In this document: positions 16,151-29,660 of the stretch, in pieces
How the letters are laid out: each line of letters starts with the position of its first letter
Position numbering within the stretch: the first letter of the stretch is position 1
Assembly: GCF_009914755.1 (NCBI RefSeq)
Contig: NC_060929.1
DNA from: the human T2T-CHM13v2.0 reference genome, Homo sapiens
Strand: one strand, 5' to 3'
Length of the DNA: 64,000 nt
Notes under the pieces: model-generated
Told to the model about the DNA's origin: nothing
What the model saw: the letters and a program-made list of their open reading frames with translations, nothing else
Databases searched by the model: none
Position numbers and translations under genes: made by a program

Positions 16151-18229
16151 GGGTTGGGAGGGCATCATTCTGCAATGAGGTTTTTGTCATTTGGTGAGTA
16201 AACCAGCTCCAATCTCCCATCCTGAATGCCTGCTTTCTAGGGCCATTCTGGGTACCAATCGTCTTAGTTTGGATTCCCCAAAAAACAGAGCCTGAGAGAA
16301 AAGCTTGAATGAAAGTCATTTATTTGAGAAGCGATCCCAGGATGCAAGAGAGATGCACAGGAGTGAAACAAAAGAGGAAAGCCAATATAAGGATGGTTAT
16401 TGCCAAACCCGCCACAGAAGTCTCCTCCTCTTTTGAGGAGACTTACGAAATGCATTTCAGAACTGTCTGCCCAGGTGATGAAAAGAGTAATCAGTTATCC
16501 ACTAGCAACTTTCCACCTAGGTCAAGGATGGCCCCATGGGCACCTAACTCCCCTGCACCTTTGGGCTGTGCAATTGGGAGTACCAAACAAGTTCTGCAGA
16601 CATTCCACGTCAGGGAGGCTGAAGTGAAAGGTATACAGCTAGAATCCAAAGAGAGGTACTATCATATTCTCTGAGAACCTGGTCAAAGACTTCATGGAAT
16701 TAGTTACCACAGCAGTGACTGGAGTAGAAGGCAGGGCAGAGAAGATCTGAAGTGGGGCCCAACATTTCTGATGCGTAGATCAAAGGCTTAAGGCTGGAAT
16801 AAACTCAGCATGTTTGAGGAATGCAAGAGAAGGGAGAGTGGGTGAAGACATACTAAGCCTTGGTGAGTATGGTACTGAGTTGAAGCAGGAAGAGATCAGA
16901 TCCCACAGGAGTCTGCAAGGCTGAATAAGGAATATACATAGAATGAATAGTGCTTACTACTGAATAAAGTAGTCCAGGAAAGACATTCTTTTTAATATTA
17001 AAAGATAAAGCCCCAATATATAACCCATCTGAGGATTTCTAATCATAATCTTCAGCATCAAATTACTGCCTTTATAACATAGTTTGGGGAGATGAAAACA
17101 AAAATCACAGATCAACTATTTTCTCCCACTACCAGCAAAGAAAAAATGAGGAACCTATGACTTAAGAGCAGTTGCTAGAAATTTTAAAGAAAGGGTTCAC
17201 TTTTATGTCAAGATCAGACAACTTTAAATTATTTAAAGATCCTGTTACCCTTGCTCTGTTGACTGCCACTTCAGTGTTTCTTTCAGGACACTCCAAACAG
17301 CAGACAAGAGATAAAGTGTTTCAACTGTGTCACAAGAGGACAGAAAGTGGCTGTTTGCATCTGTTTGGGTCTAGTGTCAACCTCAAAGTTACTCATTAGT
17401 ATCCATAAAAATAAAAACTTAGGACAAAAGGTTAAGTGTACAAATAGAGGAAACACACATTCCATAAAGGAGAGGGGGAAAGATTGAATTCTTAAAGCCA
17501 TACTAAATAATATCCTACAATGTGCAAGCAGAAGTGACCTTAGAGAACGCTAGCCTCTAAATGACCCAGAAAGTAAATTATGACTAAGTATGAAAGCCAG
17601 ACATGACATGATGATAAAATATGAGCTGATCAGTATTAGAAAATATATAATTTGGTTTATTTCCTAATTCATAGAATCCTAAGACTTGATGGTGCTCTTA
17701 GGGATCATCTAATCCAAAATTACTGCCAATGCAGGGATTCCTTCTATAAAACCCCTGGGGATCACTAGCAACATGGGACTTTTAGGTTGGAGACTCTAGC
17801 TGGTAGTGGGCAGTTCTACGTTCACCACTAAATTTGCTCTTATTTGATTGCCAGCCCTTAGTCTTAGCTTTTTTAAGGAAAACAGTAACTCATTTCATAA
17901 ATATTTATAGCAAAGTCTATATATGCTTGCCACGCAATTTGAGAGTTAATTTCTTTGTTTCAAGTGTAGGAATAATTATCAGTGTAAATTCCTCCATTCT
18001 AGATGAACAGCTCCTTAAAGACAAGACCATATATCTTGTACATTTTCAAATTTCTGCCTTAAACAGAGCACCTTGCTTATATTAGGATTTCAAATGTTTG
18101 TGAAATGATAAATGAATGGAATGAGTGAACGAACTGAAATGAAATTAATGCCCATATTTAAAAATAGAATATTAGCTGATTTCTTGCCGAAGTTGTTAGT
18201 TCAAGAGTGAAAAAGAATACTCAAGTATC

Positions 18230-19965
18230 TGAAACATTTCTCTAAAACTTTATTTCAAAGTTATTCACCTCACCGTTAATAAGGTGTATGATTAATGCTC
18301 TGTGCCAGTATTTGCAGGCCTGCCCATTGCCGGCAATGGACTTTGAGAAAACCCATTTCCTGGCACCCAAAAGTTAAATTACTCTTTTCAAAACATACCG
18401 ATCTCCCCAACACTTGCAAAAGTATTACATGCACCATTTTGCCACCATTCTTTAAATCAGAACTTACATTATTAATCTACATCAGTGAATGTTAAATGAA
18501 GTCATTTTAACAAATTATGACTGTACAAATCAAAATACTACTAGTTAATATTAGACAAGAGTATCTTACAAACACTACTATTACATATTACCTTGCAATC
18601 TGAAACATTATATTTCATATTTGTGTATATTTATTTTAGATAACTGAAACTTCACAGAATTTAACAGCAAATAAAGTTTAAAAAATTTAGTTCTGTACAT
18701 TAGTTCCAACTATCCCTATTTTACAATCTATAAGGCTCATGTCATAGTTCAGCACCAAAAAGATCTACACAAAACTGTTTAACCAATCTTCTTATCTATC
18801 CTGTGTGATAGTTTTGTTTGTTGTTGTTTTTTAAGGTAAAAGTCCTACTTCAGACCTTGAAGTGGAATACTTCTAGTCAGACTAGGTAAAAACTTGGGTC
18901 ATACCTTATTTTCATTGAACAGATACCAAAAAAAAAAAAAAAAGGAAAAGGAAAAGAGCTGTGTTACACCATGAATTTAGGTTGTCAGCCTCTATGTTGA
19001 ATTTATAACACTGAAGCATCAGAAATAGCCTAATAATGCCCTGCCCCTATTCTTCCCTTCCATTTTAAATTTTTAAAAAAGTAACCAGAAAAATGTTTCA
19101 TTTATTCTTTAAAATAAGGTGCAAAGAAGGACTGCAACAACAAACTCCCTCATCCACACCTCCAATAACATCTCACTGTTGTTCAGCATAATCTACCATG
19201 AACTGATTCAGGAGCACACCTAGAGCTATATTCACAGCTCCTGAATGTACCATGTTTTCTATACCAGAAGCCTCTTCAATGGCAGTGTTTCTCTGTTCAG
19301 AGGTCATTACAATAACTTTTGTCACTGCTGGCCTGGACTTAACATTCCAGATTCCAGAGCCAGTGTTTTATTGTCCCAGCTCTTTTCTTCCTCTTTAGGA
19401 TTTATCAATTTTAGAAAAAGGGCATGTTTGTTTTGCTATTTTCAAAGGGTTTGTGCGTATCACATTTTACCACATTTTACCCCAATTTTACCACACTGGG
19501 GAATGTTGTCACATTCCCCAAGCTAGAAATGTTTTCCAAAAACCACAGGTACTTTCTGTAATCTTGTTGTTCAAAGTACAAAATTCTTACATGTTAAAAA
19601 ATTTTTTAATTGGAGATTAGTACCTCTGCTTTCTTCTGACAGAAGTACACAATTCATTATACCATGTTTAAAAACCAAACATCATGCATACAAATGGCCA
19701 AAGAGGTATGAAGTTTTACAGAGCCCTTAACATCATTCGAGTACATTTGGCATTGGCCAGACCACAACAGGAAGCATGTCAGCAAATAGAGCAAAGAGAC
19801 TTTCCCAAGTACACGATAGTCATCCAGGCTCCATGTCAGTCACATAAAAATTTACATAACATGTAATCCTTTAAAATTATCCCCAGATATCCCATTCCTC
19901 CAACTGTTCCCATACCCCCACCCCATGCCCACCCCACCCTGAAGTCTTGCACCTCACAGAGTATC
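18230..19965 (-). other. HMGCS1: HMGCS1 3'UTR with poly(A) signals (AATAAA = tttatt at 19367, 19101, 18630, 18249)
   Basis: Unique AT-rich sequence after the stop; exact cleavage sites not determinable. Confidence 0.7.
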
Positions 19966-20055
19966 TTAATGTTCCCCATTACTAATGACAGCTGCTTCAG
20001 GTTCTGCTGCTGTGGCAGGGAGTCTTGGTACTTTCTTGGCAGGGCTTGGAATATG
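19966..20055 (-). CDS. HMGCS1: HMGCS1 exon 11, coding part (HIPSPAKKVPRL...SNGEH*)
   Basis: Acceptor ttttag at 20056-20057; stop TAA 19968-19966; 90 nt. Confidence 0.95.
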   Translation of the reverse strand, partial: HIPSPAKKVPRLPATAAEPEAAVISNGEH

Positions 20056-20822
20056 CTAAAATGAAAGGAAAAAAGTTGATGGCTCTTATGATTCTTTCCC
20101 CCACAAGAATCATGGCACCAATTAAAGTTTCTGTAAAGAAACTTAATAAAGGACAACTCTGGAGAAGTTTATGCTAAATATATATTTTATATAACTTTTC
20201 ATGAAGGGAACTCAATATCCATTTTTCACCTTATGGTGAATTTAGTATACAATTATCCATATGGGGGGGAGAGGAAGCCTGCCACAGAGACCCACCACGT
20301 AACAGTATTTTACTTGTTACGTCTTGTATTTGCAACTCAAACAGTGGCGGTTTGACTTGCTACCTAATTTGTATAATAGCAAAAAGCAAGACTATCCATT
20401 TACCAAACTTGTAGTAAGCAGATAAATAAGTAGTTTCAAGGTTATAAAGTCCTTAGTTTATAACCTGGCTTTAATACTTACTACCTATAATCCTGGGCAA
20501 GTAATGTAACTTCTTGGAGGCTCATCTCTAAAGGGAGGACAGTATCATTTATAAACTTCAAGGAGGTTGTTGTAAGGATTAAATAAGAAAACGTAAGTAA
20601 AGTGCCTAGCAGGTAACAGGAATTCAAATCATAGCTATGATTGTTACTTCTTGACAATTTGAGGACAGATTTTGACCATGATCTGGGATGAGATGTGAAA
20701 GGATCCTTGTCCCTCTACTCCATCTCTCACAAAGACACACACCACAAATGAACCTTCTCTCTATATCAGTCTTCCTTTAAATCCTGGTATCATTAATAAA
20801 ACCTAGTATTTACTGTATATTC

Positions 20823-21125
20823 TTTTTTTTTTTTTTTTTTTTTTTTGAGATGGAATCTTGCTCTGTCGCCAGGCTGGAGTGCAGTGGTGTGATCTCAGCT
20901 TACTGCAACCTCTGACTCCCTGGTTCAAGCCATTCTCCTGACTCAGCCTCCTGAGTAGCTGGAATTACAGGCACGTGCCACCAAGCCCAACTAATTTTTG
21001 TATTTTTAGTAGAGACAGGGTTTCACCATGTTGGACAGGATGGTCTTGATCTCCTGACCTCGTGATCTGCCTGCCTCAGTCTCCCAAAGTGCTGGGATTA
21101 CAGGCGTGAGCCACCGCACCCGGCC
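20823..21125 (-). mobile_element. Alu in HMGCS1 intron 10
   Basis: Reverse Alu, TSD tttactgtatattctt. Confidence 0.95.
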
Positions 21126-21308
21126 TTTACTGTATATTCTTAAAATATTAATAATTCAAATGCAAAGCACTTTATACAATTGGAAATAGTACAGCTAGAA
21201 TCTACTCCCAGAGCCCTTACTCTTCTTTACTGACATTTATTTATGTTGCTAAATCCCAGTTAGGTCTCCTAAACCCTAAGATATGGAGATGGGAACTCTT
21301 TTATTTAC

Positions 21309-21472
21309 CTCAGTTGCTATGTTTGAATGCACAAGTCCTACTCCTTCATCCAAAGTGTCATCATTTGGAGTGGGACGCCGAGCGTAAGTTCTTCTGTGCT
21401 TTTCATCCACCCTAACTAAGTACCACGTTCCTTCAAAGAGTGAATCTATTGAACCCTGGGGAATATAGTTGA
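21309..21472 (-). CDS. HMGCS1: HMGCS1 exon 10
   Basis: [33 protein letters not shown]...ATE; AG/GT boundaries; 164 nt. Confidence 0.95.
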
Positions 21473-21682
21473 CTAAAGGAAAGGGAGAGAATATCTACAA
21501 TTAGTTATGATATACAATTCATCTGGTAATAAAGCTAAAGATAAGTTTCATATATCCCAATAATTTTCACTGACATCAGATTAGTACTGAGTAAAGTCTT
21601 GATATCCTTATCGTATATGTAGCATCCTTAATGATATCAGCCCTCCAAATGGGTTAACTTAAAGAACATTTAATATTTTTAC

Positions 21683-21808
21683 CCAAATGATGGGTGTCCT
21701 CTCTGAGCTTCATGTTTTCAGCGAAGACATCTGGTGCCACACCAGTTCTTGAATCAAGCCTTGATTTAAGATCACATAAACTTGCTGTTATTTTATCAAG
21801 AGCAGACC
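21683..21808 (-). CDS. HMGCS1: HMGCS1 exon 9
   Basis: GSALDKITASLCDLKSRLDSR...REDTHHL; 126 nt. Confidence 0.95.
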
Positions 21809-22084
21809 CTAAAATAGTGAATAATTCAACATTAAAAGATTTTTTTGAAAAATCATGTCCAAAAGAAGCCTAAGTAAAATGTTGCCAAATGAGGCAAAAC
21901 AACTTTTCATTTTCATTAAAACTACTGGCTACTGATTAGTTAAAAGATAAGATGATACCTATTTGACAAATCTCCTATGATGTCAGACTAGAAATCTATT
22001 ATTGAGTATCTGCCACTAGACAAGTTAGGAAACAGGCATAATTTGAAACTATAAATAACTTGTCTACAATTAATCCATGGTACA

Positions 22085-22228
22085 ATTATTTTATTTTTAT
22101 TATTTTTTATAGAGATGGGGTCTCACTATGTTGCTCAGGTTGGCCTTGAACATCTGGCCTCAAGCAATCCTCCCACCTCAGCCTCCTGAAGTGTTGGGAT
22201 TATAGGTGTGAGCCATTGCACCTGGCCC
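22085..22228 (-). mobile_element. Monomeric Alu (FLAM-like)
   Basis: Single Alu arm with TSD ccatggta.aatt. Confidence 0.8.
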
Positions 22229-22550
22229 ATGGTATAATTTTAAAAAGTAATGTCAAGTTTTCATCAGTTTATCTCTACATTTTTGCTCTTTCCTGCTCAG
22301 GGAAAGCACAAAAGTGACCTTAAATATAGCCAAGACCATAAGCCTATAAAAATTAGATAACTTAGTCCTATCCTTTATCCAGATAAGGTAGAATTTTTTT
22401 TTTTTTTTTGGATAGATTTTTAGGGCAGAGAGTAAAAACCTACTGAAAGAAGTAATGAAGACTAAAATATTGTAATGATCTGTGGGACAGATTCAGGTGC
22501 TCACTTGAGAAGACTGCTAAATCAACTTCCCCAGAGTAGTTCTCAATACA

Positions 22551-22848
22551 TTTTTTTTTTTTTTTTTTGACAGAGTCTCGCTCTGTCACCCAGGCTGGAG
22601 CACAGTGGTGTGATCTTGGCTCACCACAACCTCCCTCTCCTGGATTCAAGTGATTCTCCTACTTCAGCCTCCCAAGTAGCTAGGACTACAGGCATGCACC
22701 ACCTCACCTGGCTAATTTTTGTATTTTTAGTAGAGATGGGGTTTCAGCCATGTTAGCCAGACTGGTCTCGAACTCCTGACCTCAGGTGATCTGCCCGCCT
22801 CGGCCTCCCAAACTGCTGGGATTACGGGTGTGAGCCACTGTGCCTGGA
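22551..22848 (-). mobile_element. Alu about 42 bp from the exon 8 donor
   Basis: Reverse Alu, TSD agttctcaatacatt. Confidence 0.95.
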
Positions 22849-22890
22849 CTCAGTTCTCAATACATTCTTGTTGAAAGATTCAGCACTTAC

Positions 22891-22997
22891 CCGGTGTAGC
22901 ATCTTGTGTGACTTTAAGAGAGTACAGAGTGGCAGCCAAACCAGAACCATAAGAAAACACTCCAATTCTCTTCCCTGCTAATTGCTGAGGTGAGTAC
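22891..22997 (-). CDS. HMGCS1: HMGCS1 exon 8
   Basis: [35 protein letters not shown] (FSYGSG motif); 107 nt. Confidence 0.96.
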
Positions 22998-23525
22998 CTA
23001 TGTAGGGTGTAACAATAGTTCAGAAGTTTAACTGATCCAAAGCTACAGCGTGTGGGAAGCTATAAAAGTAGCAATAAAAATTTAGGCTATAAGTAAAAGT
23101 AGAATCTAACTTAAAGTTTTAAGGATCTAACTCAAAGTGTTAATATTGCAGTAGGGAATATAACTTAGTTTTAATATTGCAGCATGTGAGTTTTCATCTT
23201 GTGGGGAATGACAGAGCTTGTGAAAGTCATGCCACAAAACAAGTTACTTCATCAACCAGGTATTTATGGTTCAACTGTAGGTCAAGAATTAAAAAACCAT
23301 GAAAACAGAAGCCAGGAAAGCCAGGATGAAATTAACAAATACTTCTGGAAGAACTGTAGCCTCAACCCATACATCTTTCAAGTCAATGGACAATAGCAGA
23401 TTAGAGAGCCTCAAGATAAAATTTTCTGTGATCTACCACCAACATGCTTGACACTAGATTTGGTCTTAGAAATCTAACATCTCCCAAATAAGGGGAGTTA
23501 AGTAGTAGGTGAAATTTATACTTAC

Positions 23526-23696
23526 TGTGCTAGAACAGATGCAAGGGAACCATATACTGAAGATGTGTACATATTTCCATTTTGATTTGATACAAGTAAA
23601 GATGCCTTTGTTTTCTGACTGAAGAGTTCAGAGCTAGCCTTCATAAATGCCTTCTCCACATCTCTATCAAAGTAGGTGTCTTCTAATTTAACATCC
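23526..23696 (-). CDS. HMGCS1: HMGCS1 exon 7
   Basis: [19 protein letters not shown]...[18 protein letters not shown]; 171 nt. Confidence 0.96.
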
Positions 23697-24586
23697 CTGA
23701 AAGATTTATTTTACAGTTTTACAGTGTTTAAAGCCTATGTTTTTATTACACTAAACAGCAGGCCTAATTAGGATTCAAATCTTTAAGTGTATATAATTGT
23801 TTTCTCATTTATTAAAAGCCAAGTAGCAGCAATCTAATTGCTATAGAAATCATAACAGTTGTATATATATGGTTCTTTTTCTCAAAAGTTTTCATAATCA
23901 AGTTAAGCCTGCTTGATTTGAATAGGTTAAAAGACGCACTGTAGCTTTATATTTATATTCACTTATATTGGCTTCAATGAATAGAATATTCAATCAACTG
24001 AATATTCATCAACTGAATAGAATACTATTTCAAGTCCATAATAATGTTTATTTAGTTAGAAAAGTCATGGTATTACAGGAGCCAAGTTTTAAAAGTCAAG
24101 TATAATTTTATCAGATAGAGAAAGGACACACAAGAGACACAGGGAGAAACAGAACGAGTTGAACACACATAGCATGCTAGGGAGCCTAAAGTGAGAAAAA
24201 GACAGGTGGAGTACAAAAGCTGACTTTAGCTGTGGCAGTGTGCAGGATGGAAAAGGGCATGGGGGCAGGGGTGCTGAGAGAGGTAAGGAGTTAAGAGGCT
24301 GCTGTAGTGAATATAGGCCCTTGTGCAGTTACTTTATCGTGACAACATGAATGGAGCTGAAAGAAATAAATCAGAAAATCTGAATAGAAATGTCTAAAGA
24401 ATTTGTGCATGTTAACTACCACCTCTCTGGACTTAGATTCTTCACTGACTGAGACACACAGATTAGACTGGATGACTTCTAAGATTCTTCTGACTCTCAA
24501 TTTCTCAGGTCTGTACAAATAACAGCTTAACAGATATTAAAAATGCTCTAATATAGAAGGAAAAAACTCATAATAGCTCCTCTTAC

Positions 24587-24752
24587 CCAAAGGCTTCCAG
24601 GCCACTATAGATACTATTTTTATCTCTATTCTGGTCATTAAGGAAGTCATTCAGCAACATCCGAGCTAGAGATTTCTGAACCAGTTTACAATATGGTGAG
24701 TGAAAGATCATGAAGCCAAAATCATTCAAGGTAAAATCTTTATCATTTCCCT
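24587..24752 (-). CDS. HMGCS1: HMGCS1 exon 6
   Basis: EGNDKDFTLNDFGFMIFHSPYCKLVQKS (catalytic His); 166 nt. Confidence 0.96.
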
Positions 24753-25836
24753 CTGAAAGAGAAGTCCAAGGAAACTATGAAATTCATATAAGCCATGAAA
24801 TTTTAAAGTTTGACTTTAGAATAAAGCTAGGATATTTGTATATGTTTAAACAGCAACCACAAATACACTGTATAATGAAACCTCTCTATACCTTAAAGTA
24901 TACATTTAAAAAGACACTCAAAGATGAAACAATATGTACTATGTCACTAATTTTCAAATTTAAGATTCATACACATTAGCAGGTTACATAATCAATTTAG
25001 TGGGTCAGGATTAGTATTTTTTTTAAATAAAAGAGTATTTTAAAAAACAAAATGCAGTAGAAAAATAGCAAACTGAATAACTTGCAGCAAGGGTAAGTAA
25101 TGTCATGACATTTTTGTTTCAGTCTGGCATACACATACAATGTAACATGTACTTCTTACTGTGGGTCCTAATAAAAAAGTTAGAAAACCACTATTCTGTT
25201 AATATATACTGCAAGAATGCTTCTTATCCAGAGCGACTAAATTCACTGATATTTGTCATTGAATATGATTTTTAACCCCTTCTCATAACCTCTAAAAAGC
25301 AAAGTTGGACTACAGAAAAAGTATACTTTATGTAATAATGTGTTATGATAGCATTAACTCAAATACTGTCCTTTCAGTGCCTCAACAAATTTCCAGATTA
25401 ATGATAACAGTAAAAAAACAAATACAAATTCACAGGTCAAGTGCAAAAAGATTATTTTTGGGGTAAGATCACTTTAGTAATTCATTTTCATTAGCTTTCC
25501 CTGAATCACAGCTGTAGTCCAAAACCTTGTTAAAATACCTCTCTCAAAAGATGAACAAAATTCAACTTACCTTCTTTTCTCCACTTTGATTTTCTTACAA
25601 GGGGTAAACCGACCTAAATATTTTTGCAGAGATACACCTCAGTTCCAAAGTTTACCTCTTCTAGTAAATTACACTTTCCCAGAAACTATGGGAAAATGTT
25701 GTTTGGTGAATGAGGAATTAATGGTAAAAGGATATTAAATGAAGAATGCCCACAAAGTAGTTGCCTACCAAAGATACCTAGTACATTAGACTGCTCTCAA
25801 CTCATACCAAAACCAAGGAAAATGGGTAAAACTTAC

Positions 25837-26001
25837 CTTTCTGCCACTGGGCATGGATCTTTTTGCAGTAGACAGAATAGCAGCGGTCTAATGCACTGAG
25901 GTAGCACTGTATGGAGAGTTTTCCATCTACTATAGGATATTCAGATAGCATATCAGGCTTGTAAAAATCATAGGCATGTTGCATATGTGTCCCACGAAGC
26001 C
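25837..26001 (-). CDS. HMGCS1: HMGCS1 exon 5
   Basis: [30 protein letters not shown]...AQWQK; 165 nt. Confidence 0.96.
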
Positions 26002-26362
26002 CTATTAGAACCAAAAAGGAAGATGTCTATATATTTCTGCTTCTTGATGTCTGTATGTTAATAAGTATACTGCATTATCTAAGGACCTTCCTTAACTATC
26101 TGATCAATTCTCACCACTTACAGTAGAGAAATCGCAAGCTGAAGCCAATATAAGTGAAATGATACATAACAGTATCCATGGACAGTCCTAAGACTCCTTT
26201 GGTATACAACTTTCCATGTCAGTTTCATAACTCTAACAGTTCACAGTTACTCTACTACACTGAAGACAAATTAAAATTGCCAGTGACTATCAGCAAGTTA
26301 CTATTTATCATTTGAACCCTACATTAACCCACTTCTCTGTAAAGTGGGGATGACACCACCTA

Positions 26363-26698
<336 letters not shown>

Positions 26699-26843
26699 CA
26701 TAAATATGATAACACACATAAAGCTCTTAGCAAGTAGTACCTGCATTTAATGACCATTAAGTAAGCGACAGCTCCTACTTCTATTTTCAAATTTCTCAGC
26801 ATATTGTGCTAAAAAAAACAAAAATGCTTTCCCAAGCACTTAC

Positions 26844-26969
26844 CTCGTTCAAAAATTAAAGGAGCATTTGGCCCAATTAGCAGAGCTACTGCTCCAACTC
26901 CACCTGTAGGTCTAGCATTTCCTGTGGCATATACAGCAATATCTCCTGCAACTACCAGGGCATACCGTC
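26844..26969 (-). CDS. HMGCS1: HMGCS1 exon 4
   Basis: [42 protein letters not shown]; 126 nt. Confidence 0.96.
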
Positions 26970-27352
26970 CTGAAAAATATTTTTTGTTATTTCACAAGAA
27001 GGAATTCAACACTATAACCAAACATGGAAACTGAAGTCTGTTATATTTTCCCCAGAATATGCTTTTCCCTTCTTTGATAAAGAAAGAAAATGCTCTAATT
27101 TTTTTTTAAAATTCATCTGCCAAGGCTCTGTCATCCATCTGACTAAATTTTGAATAGACCATTTGTCCTACAAGATAAGATAACCAATTCACAATTCGGA
27201 TAATGACAGACAGGTAAAATATCTTTCTTAATATATCCAAACAAGGACAAATTACAAAAGTTTGCGTATTGCATTAATTAAAGTGTCATCTGGGTCTATT
27301 GAACCTTAGAAAAAAATTTTGGGGGACGGCGGGGAATAGGCATGTAACATAC

Positions 27353-27800
27353 CATCCCAAGAGCTGGACTCAATCCAGTTAACAGCATTGAAGACAGCAG
27401 CTGTGCCTCCATAGCATGCATTAGTTGTGTCGATTCCTTCTATATCTGTATTCCCAGACTCTTCAAACAGCTGCATCAAATTAGTCTTCACAGACTTTGA
27501 TTTGTCGATGATTGTCTCTGTTCCAACTTCCAGCCGCCCAATGCAATCATAGGAAAGGTTATTTCTCTCCATAAGATTCTGAACCACAGTCATGCAAAGA
27601 GAGTTAATATCTTCTCTATCTGTGCAGAAGCCCATCTTGGCCTGGCCCAAGCCAATGGTATACTTTCCAGCATCTACACCATCATATTTTTCCAACTCTG
27701 CTTGATCAACATATTGAGAAGGAAAATAGATCTCAAGGGCAACAATTCCCACATCTTTTGGCCAGCAAGCTTCTGCATTCAAAGGAAGTGATCCAGGCAT
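27353..27800 (-). CDS. HMGCS1: HMGCS1 exon 3, coding part (exon starts 27810; ATG at 27800)
   Basis: [18 protein letters not shown]...[13 protein letters not shown]...[10 protein letters not shown] (active-site Cys); donor GATG|gtatgt; 448 nt; all coding exons total 1563 nt. Confidence 0.98.
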
Positions 27801-28202
27801 GGTGAAAGAGCTTTAGAAAGGAGAAACAGAAAAAAAATTGTTTTAGGTTATAAGTTGCTGGTTTTCAACTTTGAAATTGAGAAATAGATATTAAGAGTTT
27901 AGCAATCACCTGAAGTATTAGTTTCTTTAAGTTTAGTATTTAGGGCACTCAATTGTGTACATGTGAAGTAGCAATTATTATATGAATGGAATATTATCAT
28001 TTAAAATTATAGTCTTTTAGAAAGGCTTCCATTTTATTCAAAATTGGGCATCTCTAGATTTAAAACATGATTATTAGAGGTAAACAACACTCAAATAAGA
28101 TTTTCTACATTGTAAAGAACTGTAAGATAAAATACAATGATAATTTAGAAATATGGCTGACAAATCAGAATTACCTGACCACCCGAAAGTTTTAATAAAT
28201 TA

Positions 28203-28536
28203 GGCCGGGCGTGGTGGCTCATGCCTGTAATCTCAGCACTTTGGGAGGCTGAGGCAGGCGGATCACAAGGTCAGGAGATCGAGACCATCCTGGCTAACAT
28301 GGTGAAACCCCGTCTCTACTAAAAATACAAAAGAATTAGCCGGGCGTGGTGGCAGATGCCTGTAGCCCCAGCTACTCAGGAGGCTGAGGCAGGAGAATGG
28401 CGTGAACCCGGGAGGAGGAGCTTGCAGTGAGCAGAGATCATGTTACTGCACTCCAGCCTGGGTGACAGAGCAAGACTCCGTCTCAAAAAAAAAAAAAGAA
28501 AAAGTAAAAATCAATCAATCAATCAATCAATCAATC
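28203..28536 (+). mobile_element. AluY-like element followed by (TCAA)n
   Basis: gagatcgagaccatcctggctaac and gaatggcgtgaacccggg diagnostic of AluY. Confidence 0.9.
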
Positions 28537-29342
28537 ATGTATTCATCATAGATAAACCAGTCCTCTTTTAAAAAAGGGACTAAAAAGTAGTGTCTAGATT
28601 TACTTACCAATAGCAACAAAAATCACTAGCTACTCAAGACCATTGTTGGGCATTTAACTTACCAGAGCTTCAGCTTCTTTAACAGGTTGTATTAGTCAGG
28701 AAAAGAAAAATTACTATAGATATTTCAAACAGAGGGGAGTTTTAATGCAGGGAAATAGCTACAAACTTGTTGGCTGGGCTGGAAGAACAAAGCGGAAAAG
28801 GTGGTTCTCTGATCCCATGAGCCTGCACTCCTGCTGAAGCTGCTGGAGCTACAGTACTAGTACCTCTGCTGCTGAGCTGGAACCCAGAGACCCAAAGTCC
28901 CACTGTTGGTGCTGCCACTGACAAGAACAAGAGAGGTACCTTCTTCCCACCTTCTAATATTTCTTGAGTACTTCCAATATTTCTTGAGTACTTCCATCAG
29001 CCCTCTAACCAGAACCCAGATGGCATAAGAACCAATGAAATGTAATTGTGAGGCTTTGAAGAGTGGCACAGCTCCTCAGTTTTAGAGAAAGAATCCTAAA
29101 ACCTAAAATTCTACAACTCAATTTCCTTTTTAGGTATGACATCATTGGATGGTGCTACTTAGGTGGCAGAATTTCATTGACCCAAAGGTCTTGGGTTATG
29201 AGTTACCTGGGCCGAACTGATTCATGAACATTCTGTATGACTTGTTTGTCAACCCATCACTAATTTGATACTTAAAAATGAAAGTCAAATCCTGTATTTA
29301 TGTCATTTGTCCTCTGCTGCTCTGCAATTAAAGGTCTTAAGG

Positions 29343-29660
29343 GGCCAGGTGCAGTGGATCATGCCTATAATCCTAGCACTCTGGGAGGCTGAGGCAGGAG
29401 GATCACTTGAGCCCAGGAGTTCAAGACCAGCCTAGGCAACATAGCAAGACTCTGTCTCAACAAAAAAAATTTTTTTAAAATGAGCTGAGCATGGTGGTGC
29501 ATGCCTGCAGTCCCAGCTACTAGGGAGGCTGAGGTAGCAGGATCACTTGAGCCCAGGAGTACAAGGGTGTAGTGAGCTGTGATTGCACCACTGCACTCCA
29601 GCCTGGGTGATGGTGAGACCTTGTCTATAGAGAAAGGAAAAAAAAAAAAAAAAAAAGAAA
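29343..29660 (+). mobile_element. AluJ-like element
   Basis: gaggatcacttgagcccaggag in both arms; TSD aaag..cttaaggg. Confidence 0.9.

Noticed and set aside
28956-28995. 20-bp tandem duplication aatatttcttgagtacttcc
   Set aside because: Ordinary slippage duplication within an old LTR-like fragment; no functional signal
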